Source: Patescibacteria group bacterium UBA3531
Lineage (GTDB): Bacteria > Patescibacteriota > Minisyncoccia > Phycocordibacterales > UBA3531
NCBI GenBank assembly: GCA_002376885.1
Contig: DFOW01000001.1
Span: 15,381-79,380, forward strand
Length of the DNA stretch: 64,000 nt
Direction of reading: 5' to 3'
In this document: positions 18,124 through 28,378 of the stretch, one piece after another
How the letters are laid out: each line of letters opens with the position of its first letter
How positions within the stretch are numbered: position 1 is the stretch's first letter
Translations under genes and position numbers: made by a program
The notes under the pieces: generated by a model
What the model was told of the DNA's origin: nothing
The model's input: only the letters and a program-made list of their open reading frames with translations
Databases searched by the model: none

Positions 18124-19506
18124 CTAAAGCCCTAGCTCCTTTTTTTGCTCGGGTGAAAGTTCTGACGGGGCGTCTACTACTGACGTTGCCCCTCCTCGTG
18201 TCATAGGGAATGCTTGGACTTCTCGCAAGTATTCCTCCCCTGCCAAAATCATTACGTTACGTTCCACACCAATCGCAATTCCTCCGTGTGGTGGTGTTCC
18301 AAAAGTAAACGCATCAAGTAAGTGCCCAATGCTTTCTTTTAAGTCTTCTGGGCCATAACCCATGGTTTTATATACTGCCTCCAAAACATCTTTTTTATGG
18401 ATTCGAATTCCTCCGCCCCCTACTTCAAACCCATTACAGACAAGGTCGTACTGGAGCGACAAAAGATTTTCGGTATCTTCGCCTTTCAATAATTTTTCTT
18501 CATCTTCTTTACGTGGTGCAGTAAAAGGGTTATGGCTAAAGGTCCATTTGTCCTTGCCTTCTTCTGTTCGTTCAAACACTGGTTGGTCGATTACCCATGC
18601 GTATGCCAAGATTCTTTTTTGCTTTTCTTCATTGCTACGGAGATCAAACTTATCGTCTCCGTGTTTCTCGAGTGCTTCTTTATATGAGATTCGTGGGAAA
18701 GGCTTCTCTTTAATCGTGTATCCCATGCCCTCAACCGTTGTGGTAATCATCTCTTCAATCAAGTTCAATACGTCTTCGCGATTTACAAACGACATTTCAA
18801 GGTCGATTTGTGTGTGTTCAAAACCACGGTCCGCTCGCAGGTCCTCATCTCGAATGGCTCGTGCTACTTGGAAGTACCTCTCAAACCCTGCTGTCATAAG
18901 CATTTGTTTATATTGTTGAGGAGATTGCGGGAGTGCGTAAAACTTTCCTTTATGAAGCCGAGATGGCACCACAAAGTCTCGTGATCCTTCTGGGGTACTC
19001 TTTGTTAAAAGTGGTGTCTCGATCTCAGTAAAATTATGGTTTTCTAAATAATCCCTACACAAACGCACAAACTCACTGCGGAGCTTCATATTTTTTTGCA
19101 TTCGAGGACGTCGCAAGTCTAGGTAGCGATACTTAAGACGGGTTTCTTCATCAATATCGTGCCCGTCTTCGTGTAGGTCAAACGGTGGAGTATCTGATTC
19201 GTTTAATACTTCAATATTTAAAATTTCAATCTCAATGTCTCCGTTTGGCTGATCTTCATTTACATTTTTTTCTGGACGTTTATTAACCTTGCCAGTAATA
19301 GCAAGTACCCATTCTGGGCGGACAGTGTCGGCAACTTTTACAGCCTCCTCGTGATTTGGAAGCGCTACCATTTGTACATTTCCGGTTACATCACGTAAAT
19401 CCAAAAAAACCATCTTGCCTTGATCACGACGAACATCTACCCATCCCATGGTAGTTACCTCTTGATCTATATGCTCGTGTAAATCTTTTATAAGTGTGCG
19501 TTTCAT
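18124..19506 (-). CDS. aspS: Aspartate--tRNA ligase, short form lacking the insertion domain
   Basis: OB fold, RYLDLRR, STPEGSRDF, LPQSPQ, RDEDLRADR and PPHGGIAIGVER motifs. Confidence 0.95.
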   Translation of the reverse strand: MKRTLIKDLHEHIDQEVTTMGWVDVRRDQGKMVFLDLRDVTGNVQMVALPNHEEAVKVADTVRPEWVLAITGKVNKRPEKNVNEDQPNGDIEIEILNIEVLNESDTPPFDLHEDGHDIDEETRLKYRYLDLRRPRMQKNMKLRSEFVRLCRDYLENHNFTEIETPLLTKSTPEGSRDFVVPSRLHKGKFYALPQSPQQYKQMLMTAGFERYFQVARAIRDEDLRADRGFEHTQIDLEMSFVNREDVLNLIEEMITTTVEGMGYTIKEKPFPRISYKEALEKHGDDKFDLRSNEEKQKRILAYAWVIDQPVFERTEEGKDKWTFSHNPFTAPRKEDEEKLLKGEDTENLLSLQYDLVCNGFEVGGGGIRIHKKDVLEAVYKTMGYGPEDLKESIGHLLDAFTFGTPPHGGIAIGVERNVMILAGEEYLREVQAFPMTRGGATSVVDAPSELSPEQKKELGL

Positions 19507-19527
19507 ATTTAAATATTACCAGATTAC

Positions 19528-19646
19528 ACTTTTGAAAGAGCTCTCGGAGCCCGAGCGGGCATGGTGTCCTGTTTTATAGGACGAGCGAGGGCGAGAGGAG
19601 CAAAGAAATTCTCGCTGGGAATTTCTAATGCGTGTCTTTCAAAAGT
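19528..19646. repeat. Structured intergenic element with 12-bp terminal inverted repeats
   Basis: ACTTTTGAAAGA...TCTTTCAAAAGT enclosing two internal hairpins and GCGAGGGCGAGAGGAGC. Confidence 0.5.
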
Positions 19647-19662
19647 CGTAATCAAAATCATA

Positions 19663-20685
19663 TTAGGTAAAGTAATTAATTTTCATTGCTGCTTTGGCTT
19701 CTTCGAGTGTTTTTTGTGCTACCTTTTGCGCTTCTTCCGTTCCCTTTTCTAAAATCTTCATGACTTCGTCTGGATTTTTTGAAAGGTATTCCCTTTTTTC
19801 TCTAATTGGTTCGATAACATCTTGAAGAACTTTTGTGAGTCTTTTTTTAAGCTCTACATCTCCCAAGCCCCCTTTTTGATATTGCTCTTTTAGTTGTGCA
19901 ACTTGATCTTTATTTGGATCAAAAATATCTAAATAGGTAAACACGACATTGCCCTCTACTTTTCCTGGCTGGTCTACATTAATATGCTCTGGATCGGTGT
20001 ACATTTTCATTACCTTCTCTTCAATTTCTTCGTTTGAGTCTGAAAGTAAAATTGCATTGCCGAGAGACTTACTTGCCTTACCTTTGCCATCAATTCCTGG
20101 GAGGCGTGCACCATGCTCTGGGACCATTGCTTTTACTTTATTAAACACTGGTGGCTCACTAGGATAAAGGCGATTAAACTTTTCTACAATTTCATTGGTT
20201 TGTTCAATCATAGGGAGTTGATCTTCTCCAACCGGCACAAGTGTTGGTTTGAATGCCAAAATATCTGCTGCTTGCGATACCGGATACGCCAAAAATCCTG
20301 CGGGGACATCTTCGTCAAAGCCTTTCTCTTTCATTTCATTCTTTACGGTTGGGTTTCGTTTTAGACGGGCAAGAGTAACTAAGTTCAAAAAATAGGTAAA
20401 GAGTTCTGGGAGCGCGGTAATCTCTGATTGAATAAACAGGGTGGATTTTTGTGGATTGAGCCCTGCGGCCAGGTTGTCTACCGCCACTTCAAATACCGAG
20501 CTACGAACCTTCTCAGGATTGTCGGCATTATCGGTAAGAGCCTGAACATCAGCAATCATAACAAACTGCTTATGGCTGTCTTGGAGTTCTACCCGATTTT
20601 TTAAGGAACCAACAAGGTGGCCCAAATGGAGCTTTCCGGTGGGCCTATCCCCCGTTAAAATTGTCTGAACATTATCTTTGTCCAT
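19663..20685 (-). CDS. trpS: Tryptophan--tRNA ligase, copy 1 (AT-rich)
   Basis: TGDRPTGKLHLGH, YPVSQAADI, VPVGEDQ and KASKS motifs. Confidence 0.95.
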   Translation of the reverse strand: MDKDNVQTILTGDRPTGKLHLGHLVGSLKNRVELQDSHKQFVMIADVQALTDNADNPEKVRSSVFEVAVDNLAAGLNPQKSTLFIQSEITALPELFTYFLNLVTLARLKRNPTVKNEMKEKGFDEDVPAGFLAYPVSQAADILAFKPTLVPVGEDQLPMIEQTNEIVEKFNRLYPSEPPVFNKVKAMVPEHGARLPGIDGKGKASKSLGNAILLSDSNEEIEEKVMKMYTDPEHINVDQPGKVEGNVVFTYLDIFDPNKDQVAQLKEQYQKGGLGDVELKKRLTKVLQDVIEPIREKREYLSKNPDEVMKILEKGTEEAQKVAQKTLEEAKAAMKINYFT

Positions 20686-20703
20686 TCCGCTACTATAGCA
20701 GAT

Positions 20704-21420
20704 TTAGACGTTGGTATCTATACGATTTTCCTGTCTTCTGCCGACAATACGTGCCCACCAAAAGACGATCGCTGTGGCAAAAAATGATACCAGAGCCAAG
20801 ATAAAAGCAATGGCCGTATTTGCAGCGCTCTCTGATGGAAAGTAAAAAAATGAAGCAATTCCCCAGGCAAAACCATCAAGAGAGAGTACATATGCTTTTG
20901 CACGAGCTATTTTTGATTCTGCAATACGTGCTGTTTGAAACAGTACAAAACCAAACACACTCCCCCATACAATACTGGCAACAGCAAGCGTCCATCTAAC
21001 AAACGGGTGCGCATTCCAAAAAATAAATCCACTGTCATCTATAATTGGCTCTCTGATTTCTTGAAATGAAAAAAAGAGTGTACTAATGATCGCAAAAACA
21101 ATAACACCTAAAATGTATGGTCGATATTTAAGTATTGCTTCTCGAGCCGCAACAAACTTTGTAAAAAAGATATGGAAGTGTACAAAATAAATAAGAATAG
21201 CAGACACAATAAACCATATACCCATTATTCTAAGATCGCCGCCCGAGAGATAGAACGGCAAGCTTTGTGTATACGCATACAATGCTACCCAAATAAAAAA
21301 GAGCATCATTCCCAAGACCTCTTTTTGACGTGTCCGCAAGTACGAAACAAAAACAGAAAACACCACGAGCGTCATAACAATCGCCATAATTAACTGGAAA
21401 AGCGCCGTAAGGTTTATCAT
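20704..21420 (-). CDS. Stand-alone ~7TM membrane protein (kinase-less receptor-like)
   Basis: About 7 hydrophobic helices; loop PIIDDSGFIFWN; clear paralogue of the next gene. Confidence 0.75.
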   Translation of the reverse strand: MINLTALFQLIMAIVMTLVVFSVFVSYLRTRQKEVLGMMLFFIWVALYAYTQSLPFYLSGGDLRIMGIWFIVSAILIYFVHFHIFFTKFVAAREAILKYRPYILGVIVFAIISTLFFSFQEIREPIIDDSGFIFWNAHPFVRWTLAVASIVWGSVFGFVLFQTARIAESKIARAKAYVLSLDGFAWGIASFFYFPSESAANTAIAFILALVSFFATAIVFWWARIVGRRQENRIDTNV

Positions 21421-21421
21421 T

Positions 21422-22120
21422 CTATTCTAGATTGTTTGGCAAAAAGCGTGGCACCCAAAATACGAGCGCCGAGAGAATGAGCGAAATAAGAGTAATGATG
21501 ATTGCAAACGAGATTTGAGAAGGGTCTGCTGACGGAAAGTATAAAACCACTGCAAGTGCCCAAATAATCCCGTTTAAGCTCAAAATATAGGCTTTTACAC
21601 GCGCTACAAGGCTCTCTGTGAAGCGTGCACTATCGAAATAGGCAAAGCTCCATAAAAGTGCCGTAAAGCCAGTTATAAGGCTAAATGCCCAGATGGCGAG
21701 AGGGTTTACATTCCATAAAATCCATCCACTTTCATCGAGTATAGGAAGCCTAAAGTCGGTAATTAAAAGCGCCATAATAAACACCCCCGACACCACCACG
21801 AGCAATCTAAAGAAGGGTCTGATTCTTTTAATAAGAGGGTTTAGGTAAAACACTTTTGTTTCAAAAAGTACGAGAACCATGACCAAAACCAAATAAACTG
21901 AAAGAATAAATCCCCATGCAACGTACTCTAAGGTTCCTACAATTAAAAACGGTAAGCTTTGTGCAAACGAATACGCAGCAAACAATGTAAAAAAGAGTCC
22001 AAGCTTAGTAAGCTCTCCTTTATGTACATCTTTTTTCCAATACGAAACAAAAAGTCCAAGCGCTGCAATGCTTGAGACAAGCGCCATAATAAATTGGAGT
22101 GCAACCGTATAATTCAGCAT
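21422..22120 (-). CDS. Stand-alone ~7TM membrane protein (kinase-less receptor-like)
   Basis: Shares QSLPF, PILDESGWILWN, ARxKAYxLSL.G and YFPS with the previous gene. Confidence 0.75.
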   Translation of the reverse strand: MLNYTVALQFIMALVSSIAALGLFVSYWKKDVHKGELTKLGLFFTLFAAYSFAQSLPFLIVGTLEYVAWGFILSVYLVLVMVLVLFETKVFYLNPLIKRIRPFFRLLVVVSGVFIMALLITDFRLPILDESGWILWNVNPLAIWAFSLITGFTALLWSFAYFDSARFTESLVARVKAYILSLNGIIWALAVVLYFPSADPSQISFAIIITLISLILSALVFWVPRFLPNNLE

Positions 22121-22141
22121 ACTCCTATGATACTAACGTTT

Positions 22142-23824
22142 CTAAATATCCTCAAGAAAATCTTTGATCTCTTTTCGTTTTTGCACATATTCCGGGTTTG
22201 GATACTCAACAATAAATCGAGTTCCTTTTCCGCGTCCTGTAGACTCTGCCCAAATTTTACCCCCATGCGCCTCAACAATTTGCTTTGCAACATAGAGTCC
22301 CAATCCCCGCCCTTCGGTGTGCAATCTAAATGATCCTTGTGTTCGACTAAACTTCTCAAAAAGTCTACTCATCATCTCTGGCTGGATTCCCATTCCGGTA
22401 TCGGTAATAGATGTTCTGATTACTTTGTCTTGCGTGTCATTTTCAATATCAATTTTAATGGTTCCTCCTGCTGGTGTGTACTTAATAGCGTTATCAAGAA
22501 TGTTTGAATACACTTGTTCCAACTTTTCTCTGTCCCCTTCTATAATGTAATTCCCGCCAAGCGAGGCATTTAAAATTACATCAAACTTTTGTTCTTTAAG
22601 AGTGTCTCTAAAGTATTCAATCGAGGCACTTACCACATTGCGCACATTAGTTTTATCAAAAACGTATTTCATCTCCCCCTTCTCGATCCGAGAGATGTTA
22701 GTAAACTCCTGAATCACAAGCACGAGTCGCTGGCTCCCTTGAAAGATTTGATCGATTGCATTTGTTTGTTTTTTGTTATCAATTTTTCCAAACGCACCCT
22801 CAAGGAGCATTGAGGCGTATCCTTTAATCACCGTAAGGGGGGTTCTTAATTGGTGGGATGTAATAGATACAAAATCAGACTTCTCGATATCAATTTGCTC
22901 AAGGCGCTTGTTGGCAGTTTGAAGCTTTATTGCTAACTGTTCCATCTCCTCCCGCAAGTCAACCTCTTTTAAGAGTCCGCGAACCAAGTAAAAACTAAAT
23001 CCAGATACCACAAGGAAGATGGCTGTTTTAAGTGCTGTTTCAACGGGTCCTTCTGCAACAAAAATCTGAAGCAAAAGAATCACGACCATGAGTGCAATAA
23101 AGAATTGGAGCGCAACAATTTTAAAGTCCCACAACTTGTGCCGAATAATGGCGTAAGCAATAAACGATACAAAAATAAGAGTACCCACTGGTCCCATCCA
23201 GTCATTCCCTTGTACCCCAAAAGCTGGAAGAACAAGGTTAGTTAAAAGCCCTAAAACGATCGAAATTCCGGTTCCGGTAACAATAAATTTAAGTTGGTTT
23301 TTAACGTTTCCTGATGCAGTGAAGTATTTTTTAGTAAGCCATACAAGACCACCAAAAAAGTATGCAAACACAAACACTGTGTAATACCAAAATGCCCATC
23401 CAAATTCTTGTGCTTTTGCATACGGCGCAATCTCGGTTACATCAGTAATTACAGAACGCGGAATCCCTGGACTCAAAATAAGAAAAATAAGAACAATCAT
23501 TGACCCAATAACAATCCATGCTTGTCGTTTATCAAGCTTTTTATCTTCTGTTCCAAAATAATATCCAAAAAAATAAAACGCTACTGAGAAGATTGCGGCA
23601 ATCATATAGTTCATGTCACTCCAAAAAAGAGTGAGCGCATTTACCCCTGGCTGAATATAAAAGTTAATACCAATAGCCCAAATTCCTACCCCCGTAATGG
23701 TGAGCACGAAAAAGATACTACTTTTAAGTTTGCTACGAAGATAGATAAGAGACGCCAAAATAAAGTTCGTAACCGAGACGATTGCTAAAATAATGGTTCT
23801 AAAATCTACTCCTAAAAATTCCAT
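22142..23824 (-). CDS. Sensor histidine kinase with N-terminal 7TM domain (HisKA_7TM-like)
   Basis: Multi-TM N-terminus, SHQLRTPL H-box, DNAIKYT, DTGMGI, GLGLY. Confidence 0.92.
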   Translation of the reverse strand: MEFLGVDFRTIILAIVSVTNFILASLIYLRSKLKSSIFFVLTITGVGIWAIGINFYIQPGVNALTLFWSDMNYMIAAIFSVAFYFFGYYFGTEDKKLDKRQAWIVIGSMIVLIFLILSPGIPRSVITDVTEIAPYAKAQEFGWAFWYYTVFVFAYFFGGLVWLTKKYFTASGNVKNQLKFIVTGTGISIVLGLLTNLVLPAFGVQGNDWMGPVGTLIFVSFIAYAIIRHKLWDFKIVALQFFIALMVVILLLQIFVAEGPVETALKTAIFLVVSGFSFYLVRGLLKEVDLREEMEQLAIKLQTANKRLEQIDIEKSDFVSITSHQLRTPLTVIKGYASMLLEGAFGKIDNKKQTNAIDQIFQGSQRLVLVIQEFTNISRIEKGEMKYVFDKTNVRNVVSASIEYFRDTLKEQKFDVILNASLGGNYIIEGDREKLEQVYSNILDNAIKYTPAGGTIKIDIENDTQDKVIRTSITDTGMGIQPEMMSRLFEKFSRTQGSFRLHTEGRGLGLYVAKQIVEAHGGKIWAESTGRGKGTRFIVEYPNPEYVQKRKEIKDFLEDI

Positions 23825-23825
23825 A

Positions 23826-25511
23826 TTAGCGTGTACTTATTTCGGTTACTGTTTCTGGAATCTCGACCCTGTGGCGTGCCACAAACTCGGCGAGTTCTAA
23901 ATGGAAGGTGCTCCCCGCACCCTCTCCTTTTGACTCCACCCAAATCTTTCCCCCATGCGCACGAACAATTTGCCGTGCAACATACAATCCCAATCCACGT
24001 CCTTCTTTACGTAATTTTTCTGCAGATTCGGTACGAGTATATTTTTGGAAGAGTTTTTCTTGTGCCTCTTTGCTAATACCAATCCCGTGATCTTTTACGC
24101 TCAAGTACACTTTGTGATCTCGTTTTTTAAGTGCTACTTCAATATCTGTGCCTTTAGGACTGTACTTAATGGCATTATCTATTAAGTTATTGATTACTTG
24201 GCGTAACTTAAGCGCATCTCCAATAACTGGATACTGCTGGCCTTCTCCGATATGAATTTTTAAGCGCTCGCCAACCTCAGGGGACGCTGCCTTAAGCTCG
24301 TTTACCACACTCCATAAAAGTGTCGCTACCTCAATACGGGTAAACTTATACGACATCTTCCCTTGTTCGATTCGTGAAATATTAAGAAAGTCTTCAATCA
24401 TACCAACGAGTCTTTCGCTCGCATCAAAAATATTACGGATAACTTTTTTAGCCTCTTTATTTTCGATCGGTCCAAATGTTCCCTCTAAAAGCATGGCGGC
24501 GTACCCCTTAATTACCGTAAGTGGTGTACGCAATTGGTGCGATGCGATTGACACAAACGTTGATTTTTCGACATCAATTTCTTTAAGTCGAATATTGGCA
24601 CGTTCAAGCTCTTCAGTAAGCTCTCTCACATCCTCCCGAGCCTCAACTTCTTTAAAAATTCCACGAATAAGTAAGTAACTAAAGATAGCGGTAAAAATAA
24701 AGGCGATAGATTTAAAAATAACCTTACTTAATACATCTGCAGCAACAAAAATATCTACCAAAAGAGTAAGTAACACTGCCACTACCACAATCTCGGTAAT
24801 AACGAGTTTAAAGTCCCATAACTCGCGCCTGGTAATGGCATATCCCACAATCATTAAAAGCACGATCGCAACAAGCGGCCCAAGCCACACCACGTTAGTA
24901 ACTCCAAAGAGTGGTAGAAAAAGATTTGCTGTTACCGCAACCGTGATAGAGAAGAAGGTTCCAAAAATAATGTAACGGAGTCTAATGCGCAAATCATTAC
25001 TTACTCGAGAATATTTATAAATAAGGATTGGAAACATTCCAAAAAGATACACGGCCAAAAGCGGTAAGTAGACTTTAAAAAAGAGTGGGCCATACACCAC
25101 CACATTTTGCCCGCCTTGAAACACAACATCACGAGCTGTTGCCCCTGGCGACAAAGTAAACAATAAAAGAGCAATCCATGGGCCAAATATAAAGATCTTT
25201 TGTAAAGGACTTATAACTCTATTCTCTCGTCCAATATAAAAGGCAAACAAAAACAAAAAGAGCGCCATTACAATGGGCGGGATAAATAAATAATACCCCC
25301 ACACAGGGGCAAGCCCCGTTACACTAGAGAGCTGCAAAAAGGCTCGCCCTAAAACCCAAAAACCGGCTGCAATACCTACAATCCCAAAATATCGAGTTGA
25401 GCGCTTTGTTTTATCGTGCCGATAAATACTAATCCCAATTGCAAACGATGCAAGTGCAACTAACAATAAAAGAAGTGTAATGAGTGTGTTGGCATTAAGT
25501 TCGGGAATCAT
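23826..25511 (-). CDS. Sensor histidine kinase with N-terminal 7TM domain (HisKA_7TM-like)
   Basis: SHQLRTPL, DNAIKYS, DHGIGI and GLGLY motifs. Confidence 0.92.
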   Translation of the reverse strand: MIPELNANTLITLLLLLVALASFAIGISIYRHDKTKRSTRYFGIVGIAAGFWVLGRAFLQLSSVTGLAPVWGYYLFIPPIVMALFLFLFAFYIGRENRVISPLQKIFIFGPWIALLLFTLSPGATARDVVFQGGQNVVVYGPLFFKVYLPLLAVYLFGMFPILIYKYSRVSNDLRIRLRYIIFGTFFSITVAVTANLFLPLFGVTNVVWLGPLVAIVLLMIVGYAITRRELWDFKLVITEIVVVAVLLTLLVDIFVAADVLSKVIFKSIAFIFTAIFSYLLIRGIFKEVEAREDVRELTEELERANIRLKEIDVEKSTFVSIASHQLRTPLTVIKGYAAMLLEGTFGPIENKEAKKVIRNIFDASERLVGMIEDFLNISRIEQGKMSYKFTRIEVATLLWSVVNELKAASPEVGERLKIHIGEGQQYPVIGDALKLRQVINNLIDNAIKYSPKGTDIEVALKKRDHKVYLSVKDHGIGISKEAQEKLFQKYTRTESAEKLRKEGRGLGLYVARQIVRAHGGKIWVESKGEGAGSTFHLELAEFVARHRVEIPETVTEISTR

Positions 25512-27181
25512 TATGTAGCTTGATTATTAGCGGGCGTAGCCTCTTCTTCTCGCTTTCGTTCTTGTACTGGGTTTGTGTTGGGTGGAACAAACGGAAGCTC
25601 TACACTAAACACACTTCCCTTTCCGTCACCTTCTGACTCTGCCCAAATGCGCCCTCCATGCGCCTCAACCATTTCTCGTGCAATATAGAGTCCTAACCCA
25701 GAACCACCGACTTGAATCTTCCCCACATCTTTTGCTCGGCTGAACCGCTTAAAGAGGCGTCCCGTTGTTTCCTTATTCATTCCAATACCCCTATCAACAA
25801 CTGATATTTTTATTTTTTTCTGCTCTTTGTTGTTTTCAAGAATAATTTTTACCTCTCCTTGTTTGCTGTATTTAATAGCGTTATCAACAAGGTTAGTGAT
25901 AATTTGCCGAATTTTTCCATAATCTGCTGTTACATGAATGTCCCCTTCTTGTTTTATTTCTGACACAAGCGTAAGTCCGGCAGACGAAGCAACGTGCTTC
26001 ATGCTCTCAGTTATTTCAGTAACAAGTTTTCTAACATCTACAATTCCAAAGTCATATTTCATGCGTCCTTGTTCAATGCGTGACACATTCAAAAAGTCAT
26101 CCAAAATAACATTTTGCCGTTGTGCAGAATCAAACACACGCCCCAGCATTTCTTTTGCCTTGTCGTTAATTTCTCCAAGAGACCCTTCCAACATCAAAGA
26201 GACAGCGTTTCGAATTTCTGAAATAGGAGTTTTTAGTTGGTGTGTTGCAATAGACAAGAACTCCGACTTCTCCAAATTAAGCCGCTCCAATTGCTTATTC
26301 GCCGCCGCAAGAAGCTCCCGAGCCTGCACTTCTCTAATAACGTTACGAATCAAGAGGATACCAATAATGATCGTTCCCAACAAAAGAAGTCCATCAGAAA
26401 TAATTTGTGAGAAGTCGTCTTGCGTCAGTATCCTTAAGAAAATGAATCCCCAAAGCATGAAAACAAAGAACTCTGCCAAAACAACTTTAGTATTAAAGAG
26501 CTGGTGCTTCAAAACAGCATAAAAGAGTGCTGACACCATAAAAATGACTGTTATCTGTCCCGTCCAGTTATAATCAAAATTTCCTGTTAGAGGTAAAGAT
26601 AAGTTTGTTGTAGTCCCCAAAATAGCCGTTATTAGAATTCCAAAAAAAACATAAGCAACTCGTTTTCGTTTTAAACCTGTATTGAAATAAAGTTTTTTCC
26701 CAAGAATAAAAAAGACCCATGCAAAGGTAAGGTTTAGATAAACTGCGTACATATAATGGTATAAATCTGTGAAAACAATTGTATGCTCTTTGCCGGGAGT
26801 TACAATAATTTCTCTAATCAAAAAACCATCCCACAACGAGACAAAAACTATAAAAAAGTATGGGAAAACAATTAAAAGCTTTCTCTTAAGGTCAAAGGCA
26901 TATCCTTCGTCCATAAAAATATGGGCAAAAAATATAAGGGTAATTGGTGTTCCTGCGGCGGCAAAATAAAGCACTTTTGCGTAAAGTAGTCGTAACGATT
27001 CACTTTCTACACCCCTGAACAAAACCATTGAAATTATCCATCCCAAAACAGCCAAAATAAACATCAAGAACCAAAAGTTGGTCCTTGACTTGTAATCAGA
27101 CAAAAAGACAATGGTACCGAAAGCAAGCGTAATCAAACCAACTGTTGAAATCGCTATATTTATAAGGTCAAAGTTAAACAT
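25511..27181 (-). CDS. Sensor histidine kinase with N-terminal 7TM domain (HisKA_7TM-like)
   Basis: THQLKTPI, DNAIKYS, DRGIGM and GSGLGLY motifs. Confidence 0.92.
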   Translation of the reverse strand: MFNFDLINIAISTVGLITLAFGTIVFLSDYKSRTNFWFLMFILAVLGWIISMVLFRGVESESLRLLYAKVLYFAAAGTPITLIFFAHIFMDEGYAFDLKRKLLIVFPYFFIVFVSLWDGFLIREIIVTPGKEHTIVFTDLYHYMYAVYLNLTFAWVFFILGKKLYFNTGLKRKRVAYVFFGILITAILGTTTNLSLPLTGNFDYNWTGQITVIFMVSALFYAVLKHQLFNTKVVLAEFFVFMLWGFIFLRILTQDDFSQIISDGLLLLGTIIIGILLIRNVIREVQARELLAAANKQLERLNLEKSEFLSIATHQLKTPISEIRNAVSLMLEGSLGEINDKAKEMLGRVFDSAQRQNVILDDFLNVSRIEQGRMKYDFGIVDVRKLVTEITESMKHVASSAGLTLVSEIKQEGDIHVTADYGKIRQIITNLVDNAIKYSKQGEVKIILENNKEQKKIKISVVDRGIGMNKETTGRLFKRFSRAKDVGKIQVGGSGLGLYIAREMVEAHGGRIWAESEGDGKGSVFSVELPFVPPNTNPVQERKREEEATPANNQAT

Positions 27182-28338
27182 TACCTTTGGTTAATTATTT
27201 TTTGAATATTTTTTAAGTGCTCTTCCGAAATTATTTCTTTGAAGTTTTGTGGTTTTGACAACTCAAAACCAAGACCTTCACTCATTTCAATAATTGAATC
27301 AATCAAGGGTAAATCTGCCCTATTTACTACGTAATTTCCTTTCCATTCATTTGCAGCAAGAACCATAATTTCACACATGCAACAAAAATTATCGTACTTG
27401 TCTTTTAGGCCAAAATTAAAATGGTTATCTACTCCTGGTGTGTGTACAGCACCTGCCTCGAGAACAAGTACGTCGTAATTATCCAACACTTCTGGTGCAA
27501 CATCAGACGGCTGAGCATCGTCTACAATAATGGCTCCTTTTTTGAGGTGGTTACTATTAACAACAGCATCGGGCGCATTAGTTGCAGTAACTATAATGTC
27601 TGCATCTTTTATCGAATTCATGTCGGAATCTTTGGTGACTTTAACACCGGGTCCAACCTTCTTTAGAGTTTCAATGACGGGAGTTAATCGATCAGTTTTT
27701 CTAGCCACCTCTACAAGATGTATATTTTTGTAACCCTCTCTTGCAAGAAGTTGTCCAGTTGTTGAACCAACAGAACCGCTTGCACCCACAATTGCCACCT
27801 TCATATTTTCTTTCGAGAAACCAAAGGTTTCTGTCATCTTGAAAACATTAGAAGCAACTGTGAAAGCCGTATAAGCATGTCCAGTAGTCACGTTTATATC
27901 CACCTGATCAACAATATCTAAACCACCCTTACTTAGCGAAGACATTAAACCCCCAAGTCCTACAATCTCAACTCCCATTTTTTTTGCTAGAGTTGCAGAG
28001 TCAATAATTTTCTTAAGTGCTAATTCCCTGTCTTCCATCATTTGTTGAGCAGTAATAATGACACCAATAACAAGTCCCTGCACTTCTTCACCGGTTTTTT
28101 TAGATCTAAGACCCGTAACTTTTGATATAACCACTGGCCACATTCGTTTAGCAATACCTGCTACAAATGCTTTGGGAAAAATTCTTAAAAAAGGATATTT
28201 TCTATAGATATCAGAAATTTCTCTTGCGTGAACAAGAAAAGCATATCCATACTTTTTTCTAGAAAAAGACACCGGAGAAATCCTTATAAAAAGGTCTCTA
28301 AACATCGTAAAAAAAGACCAAAAATGTTTTGCTTTCAT
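27181..28338 (-). CDS. Fatty-aldehyde-generating acyl-ACP/CoA reductase-like oxidoreductase
   Basis: YAFLVH, VGLGGL, VTTGHAYT, GASGSVG Rossmann motif and FCCMCEIMVLA; compare cyanobacterial AAR TTGNTHT and FACFAEAMLL with its catalytic Cys. Confidence 0.75.
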   Translation of the reverse strand: MKAKHFWSFFTMFRDLFIRISPVSFSRKKYGYAFLVHAREISDIYRKYPFLRIFPKAFVAGIAKRMWPVVISKVTGLRSKKTGEEVQGLVIGVIITAQQMMEDRELALKKIIDSATLAKKMGVEIVGLGGLMSSLSKGGLDIVDQVDINVTTGHAYTAFTVASNVFKMTETFGFSKENMKVAIVGASGSVGSTTGQLLAREGYKNIHLVEVARKTDRLTPVIETLKKVGPGVKVTKDSDMNSIKDADIIVTATNAPDAVVNSNHLKKGAIIVDDAQPSDVAPEVLDNYDVLVLEAGAVHTPGVDNHFNFGLKDKYDNFCCMCEIMVLAANEWKGNYVVNRADLPLIDSIIEMSEGLGFELSKPQNFKEIISEEHLKNIQKIINQR

Positions 28339-28378
28339 GCAATTATTATAGCCAATACGGCCCTAGATATAAACGTAT

